A stretch of 60,627 bases of DNA, counting the filler, from Circinaria calcarea (taxonomy: Eukaryota), in the NCBI GenBank assembly GCA_051942165.1. It is 10 parts of 10 records of this genome, joined end to end, with 100 filler letters (N's around TTAATTAATTAA, not from the genome) between each part and the next. Parts side by side here need not be neighbours in the genome. Positions count along the whole stretch, not along the records: positions 12,170 to 18,151 come from JAVECS010001722.1; positions 18,252 to 24,232 come from JAVECS010001723.1; 8 more parts are not named here. One strand, given 5' to 3'. Position numbers and translations under genes: made by a program. Below are positions 12,172 to 24,332 of the stretch, piece by piece. Each line of letters starts with the position of its first letter. Within the stretch, counting starts at the first letter, position 1. Under the pieces are notes generated by a model. It was not told the DNA's origin, did no database searches, and saw nothing but the letters and a program-made list of their open reading frames with translations.

Positions 12172-13233
12172 GTTAATGGAAGCGGCATCCCACAGCTCCG
12201 CAACTTCTGTTATACTGTCGCGGCAAATGCGCAATTCCTCGAAGCAAAACATTTCTTACAATCGAGTTTATCAAGTCTAGTGAACTCTGTCAAGTCATGG
12301 GTAGAGAACTTTCGAGGACGGCCAGGCGCTGCAAGTTACCAGGAGATGGAGGAGCTATCGGGGGCCCTCGATAACTTATGTGCGGGGATGGCGAGTATTA
12401 TCAACGACACCAAAACCAGTTCAGCGGAAACCTTTCAAGAACAGTTATGTCTGCTGATGGATAATCGGAACGAGCCATGGGAAGAGGCTGCCAAGGTACA
12501 AAGTTCAAGCTGGACGCGGTGGCACTGGACCCAATATAATGCATGGTGTATTAACAACGGCACTCACTCTACAAAGGGGCGTCCCCTTACCCGCTGGAAT
12601 TCGCTACTCATTTGGAAGATGAGACAGGAGGAAGATTTCCCGTGGACTTTGATCGAAGAAGAGATCCCTGGATACTTCAAAACGCTTGAAGAATCATTCC
12701 GAGAGGAAACGTCGAAAGTTAGAACAATCGCCAGTCAATACGGGAACGCTCCAACATTTAGTCAGGGGATTGCACTGAGGATTGAGGATTTGAAGTATAT
12801 CCTTACTGTTATCCAACGAAATTTTCTCAAAGAGTTTACTGTTATCCGTCGTAATGCGTCCGACGATAACCGTAACTCTTATGTTCTACGAGCAATGCTG
12901 CCATCCTACCGATCTGCCTCTCAAGAGTATGGTAGTGGCAAAATGGCGCGCCAGCACGAGACAATACGATGTCGAATCGCCAATGGAAACTTATTCCCGA
13001 TCATTTCCTTTTCCATTCAACAGGACATGACCGCGTTGATCGATAAGACATTCAAAGACATACAGGAGAAAGTTCAAGGAGTGCTTAACCTTATTCGCGC
13101 AGATCTCGAGATTGTGTTCAGTCAGATGGCTGCTGTCAAAGATGAAGCAAAGGAAGAGCTAGCAAGCCGGGTTGGGTACTTCGAGGAGGAGCTTGAGAAT
13201 GTGTTGGGGAGGATCCCTATGTCGTCGATTTGA
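12172..13233 (+). CDS. C-terminal helical part of a fungal dynamin-like / SLIP-GC-like GTPase, 5' truncated
   Basis: Frame is open from the contig start. Motifs SGIPQLRNFC, WHWTQYNAWCINNG..WN and MLPSYRSASQEYGSG resemble this family, but the GTPase domain is not visible. Confidence 0.6.
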   Translation, partial: VNGSGIPQLRNFCYTVAANAQFLEAKHFLQSSLSSLVNSVKSWVENFRGRPGAASYQEMEELSGALDNLCAGMASIINDTKTSSAETFQEQLCLLMDNRNEPWEEAAKVQSSSWTRWHWTQYNAWCINNGTHSTKGRPLTRWNSLLIWKMRQEEDFPWTLIEEEIPGYFKTLEESFREETSKVRTIASQYGNAPTFSQGIALRIEDLKYILTVIQRNFLKEFTVIRRNASDDNRNSYVLRAMLPSYRSASQEYGSGKMARQHETIRCRIANGNLFPIISFSIQQDMTALIDKTFKDIQEKVQGVLNLIRADLEIVFSQMAAVKDEAKEELASRVGYFEEELENVLGRIPMSSI

Positions 13234-13857
13234 GCGCGTGCAGGTCTTTGGTGTATACGGGCGTTAACCAATGATAGTGTAGCAAATTATAGGTCAGCAG
13301 GCTGTTTAATGTGCAAGTCTCATTACGCATACAGGAAATCCCCAGGCATAGTTGACGGTGTCCACATGAGTATCGAGATTCAGCACATAAAAATGGTCCA
13401 CCCGCGCGCGCTCTTACGTTGGCCAACTAAAGGTTTGTTACTTCCGAGCACTAAACCCTAAACAGAATGCCGAGGTCTGCCGGGAGCGCGCAACCTTGAA
13501 AAATTCATTGCCAGAGATTCAAGAATACATCGAAGTTCAACGATGGTCTGTAAAAACCTCATTTAGGCAGTTCCTAGGCCGGACCGGAGGTCGGGGAACT
13601 GGGAAGGCACCGAAGAAACCTTAGCTTAGACGCGATAGCCCCCGATAATCGCGGTAAACATCCTTATCTGCCTTTAGCCCTTTGGTATCATGTTCATGTC
13701 TCCGATAAGGCACTAAGCAATGTTTTACGAAGGACACTTACTTTGGAACTGAAAATTTGGACATTGATTGATGGCTGTGAGAAAATTGAAGCGTTGCCGT
13801 CATCCCTTTCAATAAGTTCTATGATCTCTTCGCACTTGGAGAGCTCAGACTCCCAGA

Positions 13858-15387
13858 ATGGCGGCCGTTCCCCAAACCTCCACGTCGAATGGGTTAGGGA
13901 TTGAGACGAACAGTTACAGTACCAGCGTTCATACCAATCCTGCTTCTACTACGATAGCATCCTATGAATTTCCAAGACATAAGCTTAAAAGAGTACTTCG
14001 AGATTCAAGCAAGGTCAGGCTGCTCTTCTGAATTTCGATTGCTTTCCGAACGCTCATTGGTAGTACTAGATTCCTTTAGTGCTTGTTGCCTGCGTATGTG
14101 CTTCCCTTGGCTCTGAACCAAAGGCAGTGCTTAAATTTTACTCACAATTTGCAAGGGGAGCTTCTCACCAATCACATTGCTCCACTTACGGTAACATCCT
14201 ATCTCAGCGTCTTCGTCATCCAAGCTAACAATCTTCTATAGCATGTTTAACATTGCTGCCGATTATGCCCGCCTAACTTCCGAGTATGAAGTGGTGGGAG
14301 GGTATGTGCCCACTTCATTACAGCTATCAACTCCATGGCATCTGACAGGGTAGGTACCTTTCACCCGTCGGCGATGCCTATAAGAAGGCCGGTGTGTTGT
14401 AGTCGTATATCTAGAAAACCTTGTATCGCTGACTGCATCTCGAAGGCCTTGCTCCGGCCAAACATCGCTTAGCAATGTGTGACCTGGCCGTTGCAACGCC
14501 TTCAAATTGGCTCATGGTTGATCATTGGGAAGGTCTTCACAAGGAATACCTGGTCAGTATTTCAACGTCCGTTACGATATATCGCGCTAAACCCGTATGC
14601 AGCCATCAGCACAGGTACTCGACCACTTTGATGAGGAATTGAATCGAGACGGCGGGATCGAATGCTCAACAGGAGAGCGCAAGCCGATTACATGTGCCTT
14701 GCTTGCCGGCTCGGATCTTCTGGCTACGATGGCGGTATAGATTTGTCTTCACCTCTCAAGATTATTGTTACTTACTTTTGCCAGATACCCGGTGTCTGGT
14801 CCGATGAAGTAAGTATATCAGTACTCTAAGACCAAGATGCCGAACAGCTCATTACTCTACGAAGGATCTCGATCATATCCTCGAACATCATGGAGCTTGG
14901 ATCATCGAACGTACGGGTACAGGTCAGTGCAGAGAGTTATCACCACTTCAAAGAACGTCACTCAATCTTGGTGAATACAGATATCGACGACTCACTCGAA
15001 GCACTGAAAAAGTATCGGTCCAAAATCCGCGTAGTGGATCAGTTGGTTCAGAATGACGTATCATCCACCAAGGTACTAATCCATTACTCTGAGAATCCAC
15101 CCTTTCTTCCCGAATACCCTGACTGACTAGAACCATCAGGTCCGAATGCTAATCAAACGCGACATGTCAATTCAATACCTAGTCCCTGATCCTGTTAGTC
15201 ACCCCCCCTAATCAACTCCAACCGTACTACCAACCTACCATCCCTCACACACCAGCACACTCACTAACAAAGCAACACTCGACAGATTATTCCCTACATC
15301 ACCGCCCACTCCCTCTACGCACAGGACGGGCCCCCGTCCCCGAGTCAGGGGAGGAGTAGGTTGGAAAGGGGGATTGATGTGCAATAG
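13858..15387 (+). CDS. NMA1: Nicotinamide/nicotinate mononucleotide adenylyltransferase (NMNAT), 12 exons
   Basis: Spliced product contains YEFPRHKL, IPLVLVAC-GSFSPITLLHLR-MF, YLSPVGDAYKK, WLMVDHWE, LLAGSDLL, PGVWS, NDVSSTKVR and SIQYLVP. All 11 introns have GT..AG ends and keep the frame. Confidence 0.9.
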
Positions 15388-16280
15388 GCGGTGCTGTCTG
15401 GCAGATTGATATTTGGTATACTTATTAGAAGAGAAGGGGAAAAGGAGTAGATGGAGGTGTTTGATATATAGAGGTACATTTACCTTTTGGGCTAAGGTTG
15501 ATTATTACTCAATATACAAGATATACAACGAAGCTAACCCACAGACATCCCTCCTCTCTTCCATCTTCATATTCCACAATAACCCCGCTTCCCGCTTTCC
15601 AGCATCTTCCGTCACGTCCTCGAAACCCACCCCTACTCTTCATCCAGGTTCCCATATCATGCCCTCTTCTACCTGTTGTACCTCACCTCCAACCCCTGGG
15701 AGGGGTGGGGGGGATTTAATTCCCTTTCGTAACATGTCATCATCCTCATCATCCTCATCTTCTACCGTGTCTTCCCAAACTCTTTCTCTTTCCAACCCAC
15801 TTCCTAATCCCTAACCAACCCTTTCACCTCCCCTAATTCTGCACACCCCTCCCCAGTTTTCTCGCTCGACGCGTTTTTCCTCCCTTGCTCCACACGGCTA
15901 GGCTAGGCTAAAAAACTTCTACTCATCCTACTCCACTCCCCTTCCATCTTATCTTCGTTCCCGTTCCCGTTCCCGTTCCTAACAATCCTCCACGTGCCCG
16001 GGATCCTGACTCGGGACTCCCGACTCCCGACTCCGTTAAGGTGGTTTATTTCTCTTTTCCCCCTCCTTGGTTTTTCTCTTCTCGGCTTCTCGGCTTCTCT
16101 CGGCTTCTATTTTGCTTTTTCCCCTAGACTAGTCCAGTCTAGTGCAGCCCCTTTCAATCTGAATCCGAACCGGAAGCGGAAGGGGAACCACAACCGGAAC
16201 CGGAACCTTAACTGGTATTTTTATTTCGACGACAACAACGATAAGTCACGGAATATCGGAATATAGGAAATAGGTCGGTC

Positions 16281-16370
16281 GAGAGTTTTGAGAGTTTTGA
16301 GAGTTTTGAGAGTTTTGAGAGTTTTGAGAGTTTTGAGAGTTTTGAGAGTTTTGAGAGTTTTGAGAGTTTT
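16281..16370. repeat. Perfect 9-bp tandem repeat (GAGAGTTTT)x10
   Basis: Counted directly in the sequence. Confidence 0.95.
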
Positions 16371-16450
16371 GAGGTCCCCGGGTAGGATTACACGTAGTAA
16401 GTAAGGATCACTTGGATAGGAACGGATACGATAGGACCAGGACCACTCCG

Positions 16451-16486
16451 TAGGACTAGGACTAGGATTAGGACTAGGATTAGGAC
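16451..16486. repeat. Hexamer tandem repeat (TAGGAY)x6
   Basis: TAGGAC TAGGAC TAGGAT TAGGAC TAGGAT TAGGAC. Confidence 0.85.
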
Positions 16487-16926
16487 CAAGCAAGAAAAGT
16501 GAGAGATAGTTGCACCGTGCACGGTGTGCTTAAAATCCATGCTTTTATTCTCCTTTCTCACGCTTACGCGTAAAAAGGGAAAGCATTTCAAATGTAGAAA
16601 AAAGAGAATGGACATCACAAATGGACAGAGTGTTTTCCTATCAATCGATCCATCATCAAGCATACAAACAAAGCATACTTTGGGTTTCCAATTCAAATTT
16701 TATCCTATCGGAACAGAAAGAGGGTTTTCCATCCCTGTGACACTAGGCCAACCAGATTTCTCCAACCTCCCCTTTCCCTTGGCAACAAAGAATCGAATAC
16801 ACACCAATTCCGTAACAGGTCCAATTTCCCTCCCCGAGCACAGAAATCCTTGCATATTCAGAAAGAAGCGCAGCTTCTCTTCTCGGGCAAAAGAGTTCAA
16901 CCCATTCCATCTTCCCTAGGCTTTAC

Positions 16927-18151
16927 CTAGTTCCGGCGCTTATTGTGCCTACGTCCGTGGCCGTGGCTTCTTCGGAATTTCGAACTATAACTCATGCATT
17001 TTCCGTAGCCGGATTGGCAGCCTGCGCCGCAGTAATCGGATGAGGTACCGCAGTATCTATCATTCAAAAGTCAATATGTAAGCTGAGTCTAAGATGAGTT
17101 CGTTCTTGCTGCTTACCCGTGAGAAGAACAGCACATGCCTTGGGCGCAAGTCGCACCTCCGTTGTTTGAGCCACATTGATTGATGGATTTTTGTTTCCCA
17201 TATGGAGTCGCTGGGGTAGCCGGTTGAGCAGGGGGCGCGGGAGCGGCGGGAGCGGCAGGCTCGGCGGGAGCAGCAGGGACGGCTGGCTCAGCAGGATCTG
17301 ATGAGCCGACAGGCGGTGTGTACCCATCAACTAGATTAGAAGCGGCAGCCGGTGCAGAGGATACCATAGATACATATGTAGCTGATGGAGTAGATGACGA
17401 CATTGGTACATACTCAGCAGCCGACGAAGATGTCGATGCATAGGCAGCTGCTGATGTAGATGAAGACGCCGAGGCATACGCATCTGCCGATGTAGAAGGA
17501 GTCATTGATGCAGCCGAGCTCACTGGTGCAGTCCCAGAGGAAGAATCTGCGACGACTGTATTGGCAGAACCTGAAGAGCCTGAAATCTTATTGGCCGGGG
17601 GTGGTAGGTTCTTATTGATGGATAAAACGGGCGTAAGGACCTTGCCAGCGTCTGGCGGCCCATTAAAGTTCTTCGCAGTACAAGCGTCTTGAATACCTTT
17701 GCACTTTTCTTCCCAAAGCTTACAATTTGCGCCACCAACTGGGCCAGCGCTGCTCCAGCAAACCTTATCTTGAGCCCAGCAATCTTCCGAGGCCTAATAA
17801 GCTGTCAGCTGCCACAGGTTATGCGGTGGAGGGTTCCCATTATACTAACTTTCCAACATCCGGTCTCGTCCGAGTAACTCTTCACCTCAAAACCACACCA
17901 GTTGCTATTCTCCATGACACAATTCGCCGGCCTAAGACCTTCAGTCTGAGTCATCTCTTCACGGGTTTCCAGACTCCGCTTGGAGCTACCTGTGTAAACG
18001 GCCGGACCGAACATGGGGTAAGGTAATGCCATAGGTTGCTGGTAAATATTGAACGTCATCGCGGCGGCGTTCTTATTCATGTCAACGAAACCAGGGATGC
18101 TCACGGTGTCTGTGGGTTTAGCTGCCCCGTTGGATTTTAGAAAGATTTGAG
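16927..18151 (-). CDS. AA9 (GH61)-like LPMO C-terminal part, Cys-rich module, linker and hevein/CBM18 chitin-binding domain; 5' truncated
   Basis: QIFLKSNG..TVSIPGFV..FNIY..PYPMFGPAVY resembles an AA9 C-terminus. It is followed by a CVMENSNWCG..CW..CW..CW..CKLWEEKC module and by [41 protein letters not shown] (hevein pattern). Two introns. Confidence 0.75.
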
Positions 18152-18251
18152 NNNNNNNNNNNNNNNNNNNNNNNNNNNNNNNNNNNNNNNNNNNNTTAAT
18201 TAATTAANNNNNNNNNNNNNNNNNNNNNNNNNNNNNNNNNNNNNNNNNNNN
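18152..18251. other. Artificial contig spacer
   Basis: N44-TTAATTAATTAA-N44. Confidence 0.98.
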
Positions 18252-18877
18252 TTACGCGTCCTCCACTAGTGCCGTCTGTAATCCCTTGGGGTTCTTCACA
18301 TTCACCGCCTGCACGTAGCTGTAGAGCTTCTCCTTGGCATCCTCCTCGTCGTTACGCTTCCTCGAGATACGGACTCGGAGACGGTATGGAACCCCTTTGA
18401 TGCCGGATTCCCAGACTTTCTTATTGAGTTGAGGATCTAGGCGGACGTCGTGTGTTCCCTAACGGTTGAAAGAGAGAGACGGTTAATTCTGCCGACAACC
18501 AAATGACTTTGATGTAGAGATTCGATCCCGGCAGCACGCGCAATTTCGACGCTTGAACATACCATTGCCTTCTCCGCAAATTTCCGAATCTCCTTGATCG
18601 CTCTCGGCGCTCTCTTCTTAAAGGAAACCCCGTGTACCTATTACCCTCCGCAACGAAGGTACCCCCGAATTAGTCTTCCGTCCCAAATGCCCCAGTACCA
18701 GGAGACCGTAAAAGTGGACTTCATCAAACTAATGTGGGTGTATTTCTGTTTTCCAGGATTGAAATGACATACTCGTTTGTGGAGATGGATGGTGTATTCG
18801 CGCGCAACGACGTCGGCGATGGCTGAACGGCCTTTACCGCCGGCGGGCTTAGAGGCGGACTTGGATTTGGGTGCCAT
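18252..18877 (-). CDS. RPL31: 60S ribosomal protein L31e (eL31), 3 coding exons plus a likely 5'-UTR intron
   Basis: [84 protein letters not shown]; stop TAA at 18254-18252. Confidence 0.97.
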
Positions 18878-19396
18878 TGTAGCTAAGCCAAATCAATTAG
18901 CGGAGGCATTGAAAGAGGGAATGAGAGTATACTTGTGGGCCGCGCAGCAGATATTGTCGTTCTTGGGTGGTTTGGGGTTGATGAGCCACAGAAGAGAACA
19001 TCTGATAAATTGGGATTGTGGAAACTCGCTTATTCCAAGTGTGGGGCTTAGTCATTCGGCTTGGCATGTAGGGATGTAACGTGCGGCAGTCCGGGGGATT
19101 CCTACTACTGTGGTTGCAGACATAACAGATGTTGGCGTGGTTGATTTAGGACATCGTAGAAAGGCCCCAAAGACCGTTTGATTTCATACAGAAAGCTGGA
19201 ATGCACACCGGAGGATATTCTCTATATTATATTTCCTGTTCCTAAGAGCTTATACAGCCTTTGCTGACGTTACCGGGATTGGTCGAAAAGCGCGCTAACA
19301 TCTATCATTAACGGCTGCGACCACAGTCAGGTACTGAATGGATGCTTCCTTTCCGTCTAGAAATCCAATTCCGCCGGACGACGCCATCCCATAGTT

Positions 19397-19440
19397 GCCG
19401 CCGCCGCTGCTGCTGATGCTGATGCTGATGCTGATGCTGA
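19397..19440. repeat. Compound microsatellite (GCC)n(GCT)n(GCTGAT)n
   Basis: Seen directly in the sequence. Confidence 0.8.
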
Positions 19441-20308
19441 CACGAGCTCCTCTATTTACGAAATAGGGCAGAAGGGTTACTTACGGAGTGAATACCTCGG
19501 ATGGGTGGAAAGTAGTAGCGACCGAGTGCGGAGATGGACGAATCGACTCACGGTCCTCAACGGGTAAAAATAGGCGTTTGCCCTTCCCAGAATGATGGGT
19601 TGTCTCCGTAGTTGGAAGAGCTCGGCGTCGCCAACGAAGCCTAAGGGAACGAATTCGAATCCGCCCTGTTCGAGGGGAGCCAATCACTTGACTGGGGCTG
19701 GTCGGGGTTCGGGCATTGATTGGCGTATCTTGATCGGCCCGGGATCATCAGACTAATCGGAGAGTGTCGCACTATTTTTTTGATCCGCCTCCATTCATTC
19801 TCCAGACCTTTCCTCTCCCATCGTTTGCCTACCTGAATGCCCAGGTACTCCGTATTGCCTATTACCTGTTGCCTATTGCCTTTTGCTACGGGTTTTAGCA
19901 GGCGAAAAAGGCAAAGAGGTGGATGATGATTGGGGAAAAGTCCCCGTTTGGCCGCCGTCCCTGTGATTGTTAGTTTGTAGGCTTCGATAATTCCGCCCTA
20001 GCGTACTTATTGATCCTCTATTGTCCCTCTTCGCCCACCTTCGTTATTGCTGACACTTTGAAACATCCCCCCGACTTCATTGTTTTGCACGGCCGATGAA
20101 GCAAACGACAATAGCCTTTGTTATTCATTGTGAATACGACTCACGGTGCTCGGTCATGCGCTTTGGCCCCCTCATCAATGGGAGTCAAGGTTTACTTTTC
20201 AACTGCTCCATAGCAGGACTATCTGTGCTTTAAGCTTACAAAAGCCCCGCCACCCCTCAATAGCAACACAACAATAGCAAAATCAACAACACTACCCGAT
20301 TCCTCAAG

Positions 20309-23073
20309 ATGCCTACACTCAACGTTCCCCCCGCTGGACTTGCTCTTGAAGGAGCTCCCAGCACCGACAACTCTCCGTCGAAATCCGAAGTCAAGCCTGC
20401 CCAAGTCCTACAGCTTAACCTGGACAGCGGATTACTGGAGGCCTTGTTGAAAGAAGCTCGTGCTGGAGGGCGAGGTGTTCAGCTAACACTGGGAAAGTCA
20501 CCGGTATGTATCCTCGTCGTCGGCACCGAGCCCATTGCTAACGTAGTTACACACGCACAGGCTCTTCAATTCGGAAACAAGTCCCACAAGATGGTGGCTA
20601 CTACTCCACAGATCTTGCGTACCGACCTCTACAGAGTCGCGGAAGTCAGCAAGGATAAGCACGCTGAAAGGCTCGCTCTTGTGGGGACGTTTAGTCACAA
20701 CATTGAAACGAGGAAACGCGAGAATGTCACTGCGAAAGCTGATCCGGCCATTTTGCAACTTCAGAACAGTCTGGCGGAAGCCAAGAGATTAAGGGAGTCG
20801 AATACGTGAGTCGTTGAGTCTCTCCCTCGACTGCCGTGCATGGCTCACATGTACTTGGTAGTACCATCTTCGTCAAGGACAATTCCAAACTCCCCCCCGC
20901 CAAAGGTGGAAAACGTCCCCCAGCAAAGATATCACCACCGACCCTCCTCAAGGGTCATCATCGTGCTGGACTCTTCGACGCCAGAAATGCTGCCCTCACG
21001 CGGTCAATGCCTACGAGCCCTTCACTTGGAGCTACCTCTTCATCCCTTCAAAAAGCCAACAATGGCCTCACTGCTAAATCTACGCCGAAAGATGATAAGA
21101 CGGAAAAGCTAAAGGCCCTCAAGGTTGCAATCTTACACGTACTTGCCAGTCGCTCCGTATCACAGAAGTTCCTCGCGTCGGCTGTGAATTGCACCGCCGA
21201 AGAATGCAAGCCGATTTTGGAGAAATACGGTCGAGAAGCTCGTCTGGATCCTTCCAAATATGACCTATCCGACAGAGGCTTCAAGGAATTAGACATCTGG
21301 AAATTCCCTTATAAGAACGAAAGCGACCGTGAAGCAGCGGTTGAGCGGGCTGTCTCTGCATTCGACCGCCAACGTATTTCCCGTGAAGAATACATTTGGC
21401 AAATGCTGTTGCCAAAAGAGAAACGAGGCAAGGGGATCATTCTGTCGAAGCTTCAACTACACAATGGTCCAATGCAGCGAGTCAGTACGCCACGCATCAA
21501 CGTTGAAAACGCAGATGGTGCTGGGAAGAATGAAACTTCGACGGGCAGTGACAGCGATAAACGGCCAGGCCGATTGGCTCCTCGGGATACAGAGTCTACC
21601 CGCGCGAGTTCGCAGGATCCTATCAAGAAAAAGAGAGTCAGCGAGAAGGAGGCCCAATCGAAACGATTGCTGTCAAAGAAACCCAAGAAACCCGTGGTGT
21701 CCTCTAAACCCAAAGAGAGCAAGCCAGCTGCTAAAAAGGAGACGAAGAAAGATCCCGCCGTGTCTGCACCAAAAGTCAAATCATCGGAGTTTGTTCGGGA
21801 CTCAGACGAAGAGGTGGATATGGAAGATTCCATTACTCTAGGTGTTCCCCACCCTAAAACCAAAGCCACCACCAATAGCAAACGCGCCGAATCAGCAGAG
21901 TCTACCAAGGTGGCCACTAAGGCGGCGACCAAGACAGCCAAGAAAGCGACTGCAACCTCAACTGCCCCAGTTAAGCCAAAGGCTGCTGCTGCTACTGCCG
22001 CCGCACCAAAGAAATCTACATCAACGGTCTCCGTCACTGCGGAGAAGAAACAAACACCACCTACATCGTCAAACTCAGCATCCAGCCAGAAAAGTATCAA
22101 TGGCAACCAGACGGCTCCTGCCCCCATGAGGAGGACCGTCTCTCATACTCGTAACACCAGTTCTCCGATCAAGCCCTCCCCGCTCGGTTCGTCACCTCCT
22201 ACCAATGCTTCGGACCTCGAAGTCAAGGCTCAATCGCTCCATCCTCCTGCCTCGGATCGCTCGTCCCCTGTTGTCTCGTCGCAAAAGGACGGCAGTACAC
22301 CTATAAACAAGGGTGTTGCACATAGGGTTAAAAAACCCATCGAGAACACATCTGAACACAGCCTAAAGCGTAAAGCCGATGATCTGGATTCAGACATTCA
22401 CAGCCATGGTGGCGATCCTGTACCCAACGGTGTTGATCGTCCTGCCAAGCGGCAACAGACTTCCAAGACCGAATCATCTACGTCCGAACACACCACGATT
22501 CCCTCGTCTACTTGCGGAAATTCAAGGAATCCTTCGTCAACTACCGAACATCCTAAGAATTCCTCCTCGGCCTCTGAAAACAACACGATTCCTTCCTCTG
22601 CATCCGCAAATCCTACGATTCATTCCGCTACATCCGAAAACCCTACGACTGCTTCATCTGCATCCGAACAAAAGCAAATTATGGTTTCCTCATCTACCTC
22701 TGATCGTACAACTGTCCCTTCTTCTACTTCCCAATCGACTTTGAAGCGCAAAGTTGACGAAATCGATTCTACTGCCCCTAGCCAGGGTACGGTATCTATC
22801 ACTAACGGCGTGAATCACCCTGCCAAGCGGCATCAGATATCCACGGTCTCTTCCTCTCCATCCGATAGTGGTAGCAGCATCTCCCCGCCTTTGACGACCG
22901 AGACGATCGAAATGGCGCGAAAGTTCAAGCAGTACTGGACCAAGTACGAACATGAACATCGCGAGCTTTCGGCTTTACCGGACCCGCCAAAGGAGAGGGT
23001 CGAGAAGCTGTTGAGGATGCATAAGACCTTGGAAGATATGAAGGCCAAAATCTGCAAGCGGGCGGCTCCTTGA
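20309..23073 (+). CDS. ELL-like RNA polymerase II elongation factor-type nuclear protein, 3 exons
   Basis: Introns at about 20504-20560 and 20807-20862. Winged-helix-like block ILHVLASRSVS..YDLSDRGFKELDIWKFPY, Lys/Ser-rich disordered middle, and C-terminal helical domain ARKFKQYWTKYEHEH..LLRMHKTLEDMK. Confidence 0.65.
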
Positions 23074-23869
23074 GTCGCAGCCATGAAGACTTGGATCACG
23101 ACGGAAACATTGCATTTTGCATTCGGGTCGGCATTCCTGCTATCAGCGAGGCGCTGGGGGCGTCGTTCTACAGCATTTTCAGACCTTTCCAGGCAAAAAG
23201 AGGAGTTTGGGGTTGCATTGTACAATGAGATGATGCATGGGTACGCAAGAGCTAGTTAGAGCTCGCAGTATCGGAATCGCAGGTATGCACTCGGGCAAAG
23301 GCCGGGCATACTGCGTTTGTATGGTCTTGTGGTGTTCATGAGTGATGTGATGCTCATTCGGGTGGACCACAGTCTCCATATCTGAAGCTTGGTATCACTG
23401 GAGCTGCAGCACTTTTACATCTAGCCTTGTTGGATGTGTCACTTGCTGTTGGTTGAATAGTTGTCCACAAAGGATACATCCCAGTTGGCATGATGATTCT
23501 GGGAGACAAAAGCAGGTTCTAGGTTATGACGAGAATTGGCTCGGGGTTTGAATAGATAGCCCAGAGACAGCGCTAGGAGCAATATGATGATTGATAAATG
23601 ATTGCCATTTCAATGGATTTACTTTACTCTCTGGTCTGGGAAGATGACTATTTAGGGTACTTACCTGGTAACAAATCTCCCATTTTTAAATTTAGCTTCT
23701 CCTAGCACCAGCACCAGCCACTAGTCCCAGATCCCCCGGATTCAATTCGCCCCGGCGAAATCTACATGACGTCATGATGAGCTTTATCCCCCATTACAGT
23801 AATCCCTCCCAGGTACCGCGCCCCACAGCTCTACTTTTTGGGGAGATTTACTACAAAGCTCCCTACCAT

Positions 23870-24232
23870 ATGCCATTTTCTCTTCAAAAACCTCCTCTTC
23901 CTCCTCCCCCATCTTCCACGAAACGATATTCCCCCGATTCCCGTAGCGAACCTCTGCCGCATAGCCCCTACCTCGCGTACATCCTCGCCGCCCTCGGCAT
24001 CGTCATCGCGATTCTGGCGCTGAGACTGTCGTCCAGCATGGCAACGAAACCGAGCAACAGCAACCTGAACGTCTTCCAGAAGCCCCTCGCGCTCTTTTCG
24101 CAGAAACCCATGACGGGCTTCTTTCGCGACGGGTATTGTCGGACGGGGCCGGAGGATCGGGGGAATCATGTTATTGCTGGTGAGTACTTTCAGTTGGGTG
24201 TAAGGCTGGGGGCTGGGGGCTTGGGCTTGAGG
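23870..24232 (+). CDS. DUF2237-family protein, 3' truncated (start at 23870 or 24038)
   Basis: NVFQKPLALFSQKPMTGFFRDGYCRTGPEDRGNHVIA matches the family's N-terminal pattern; GTGAGT donor at 24180. Confidence 0.8.
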
Positions 24233-24332
24233 NNNNNNNNNNNNNNNNNNNNNNNNNNNNNNNNNNNNNNNNNNNNTTAATTAATTAANNNNNNNNNNNN
24301 NNNNNNNNNNNNNNNNNNNNNNNNNNNNNNNN
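24233..24332. other. Artificial contig spacer
   Basis: N44-TTAATTAATTAA-N44. Confidence 0.98.

Noticed and set aside
16221..16493. ORF with (LKT)n repeat
   Set aside because: It is simply the translation of the 9-bp minisatellite, with no other coding evidence.
18638..18772. Intronic C/D snoRNA in RPL31 intron 1 (TGATGA present)
   Set aside because: There is no downstream CTGA D box within the intron.
21453..22127. Long antisense ORFs (also 36527-37075, 47481-48353, 53747-54295)
   Set aside because: They are shadow frames of real genes on the opposite strand.
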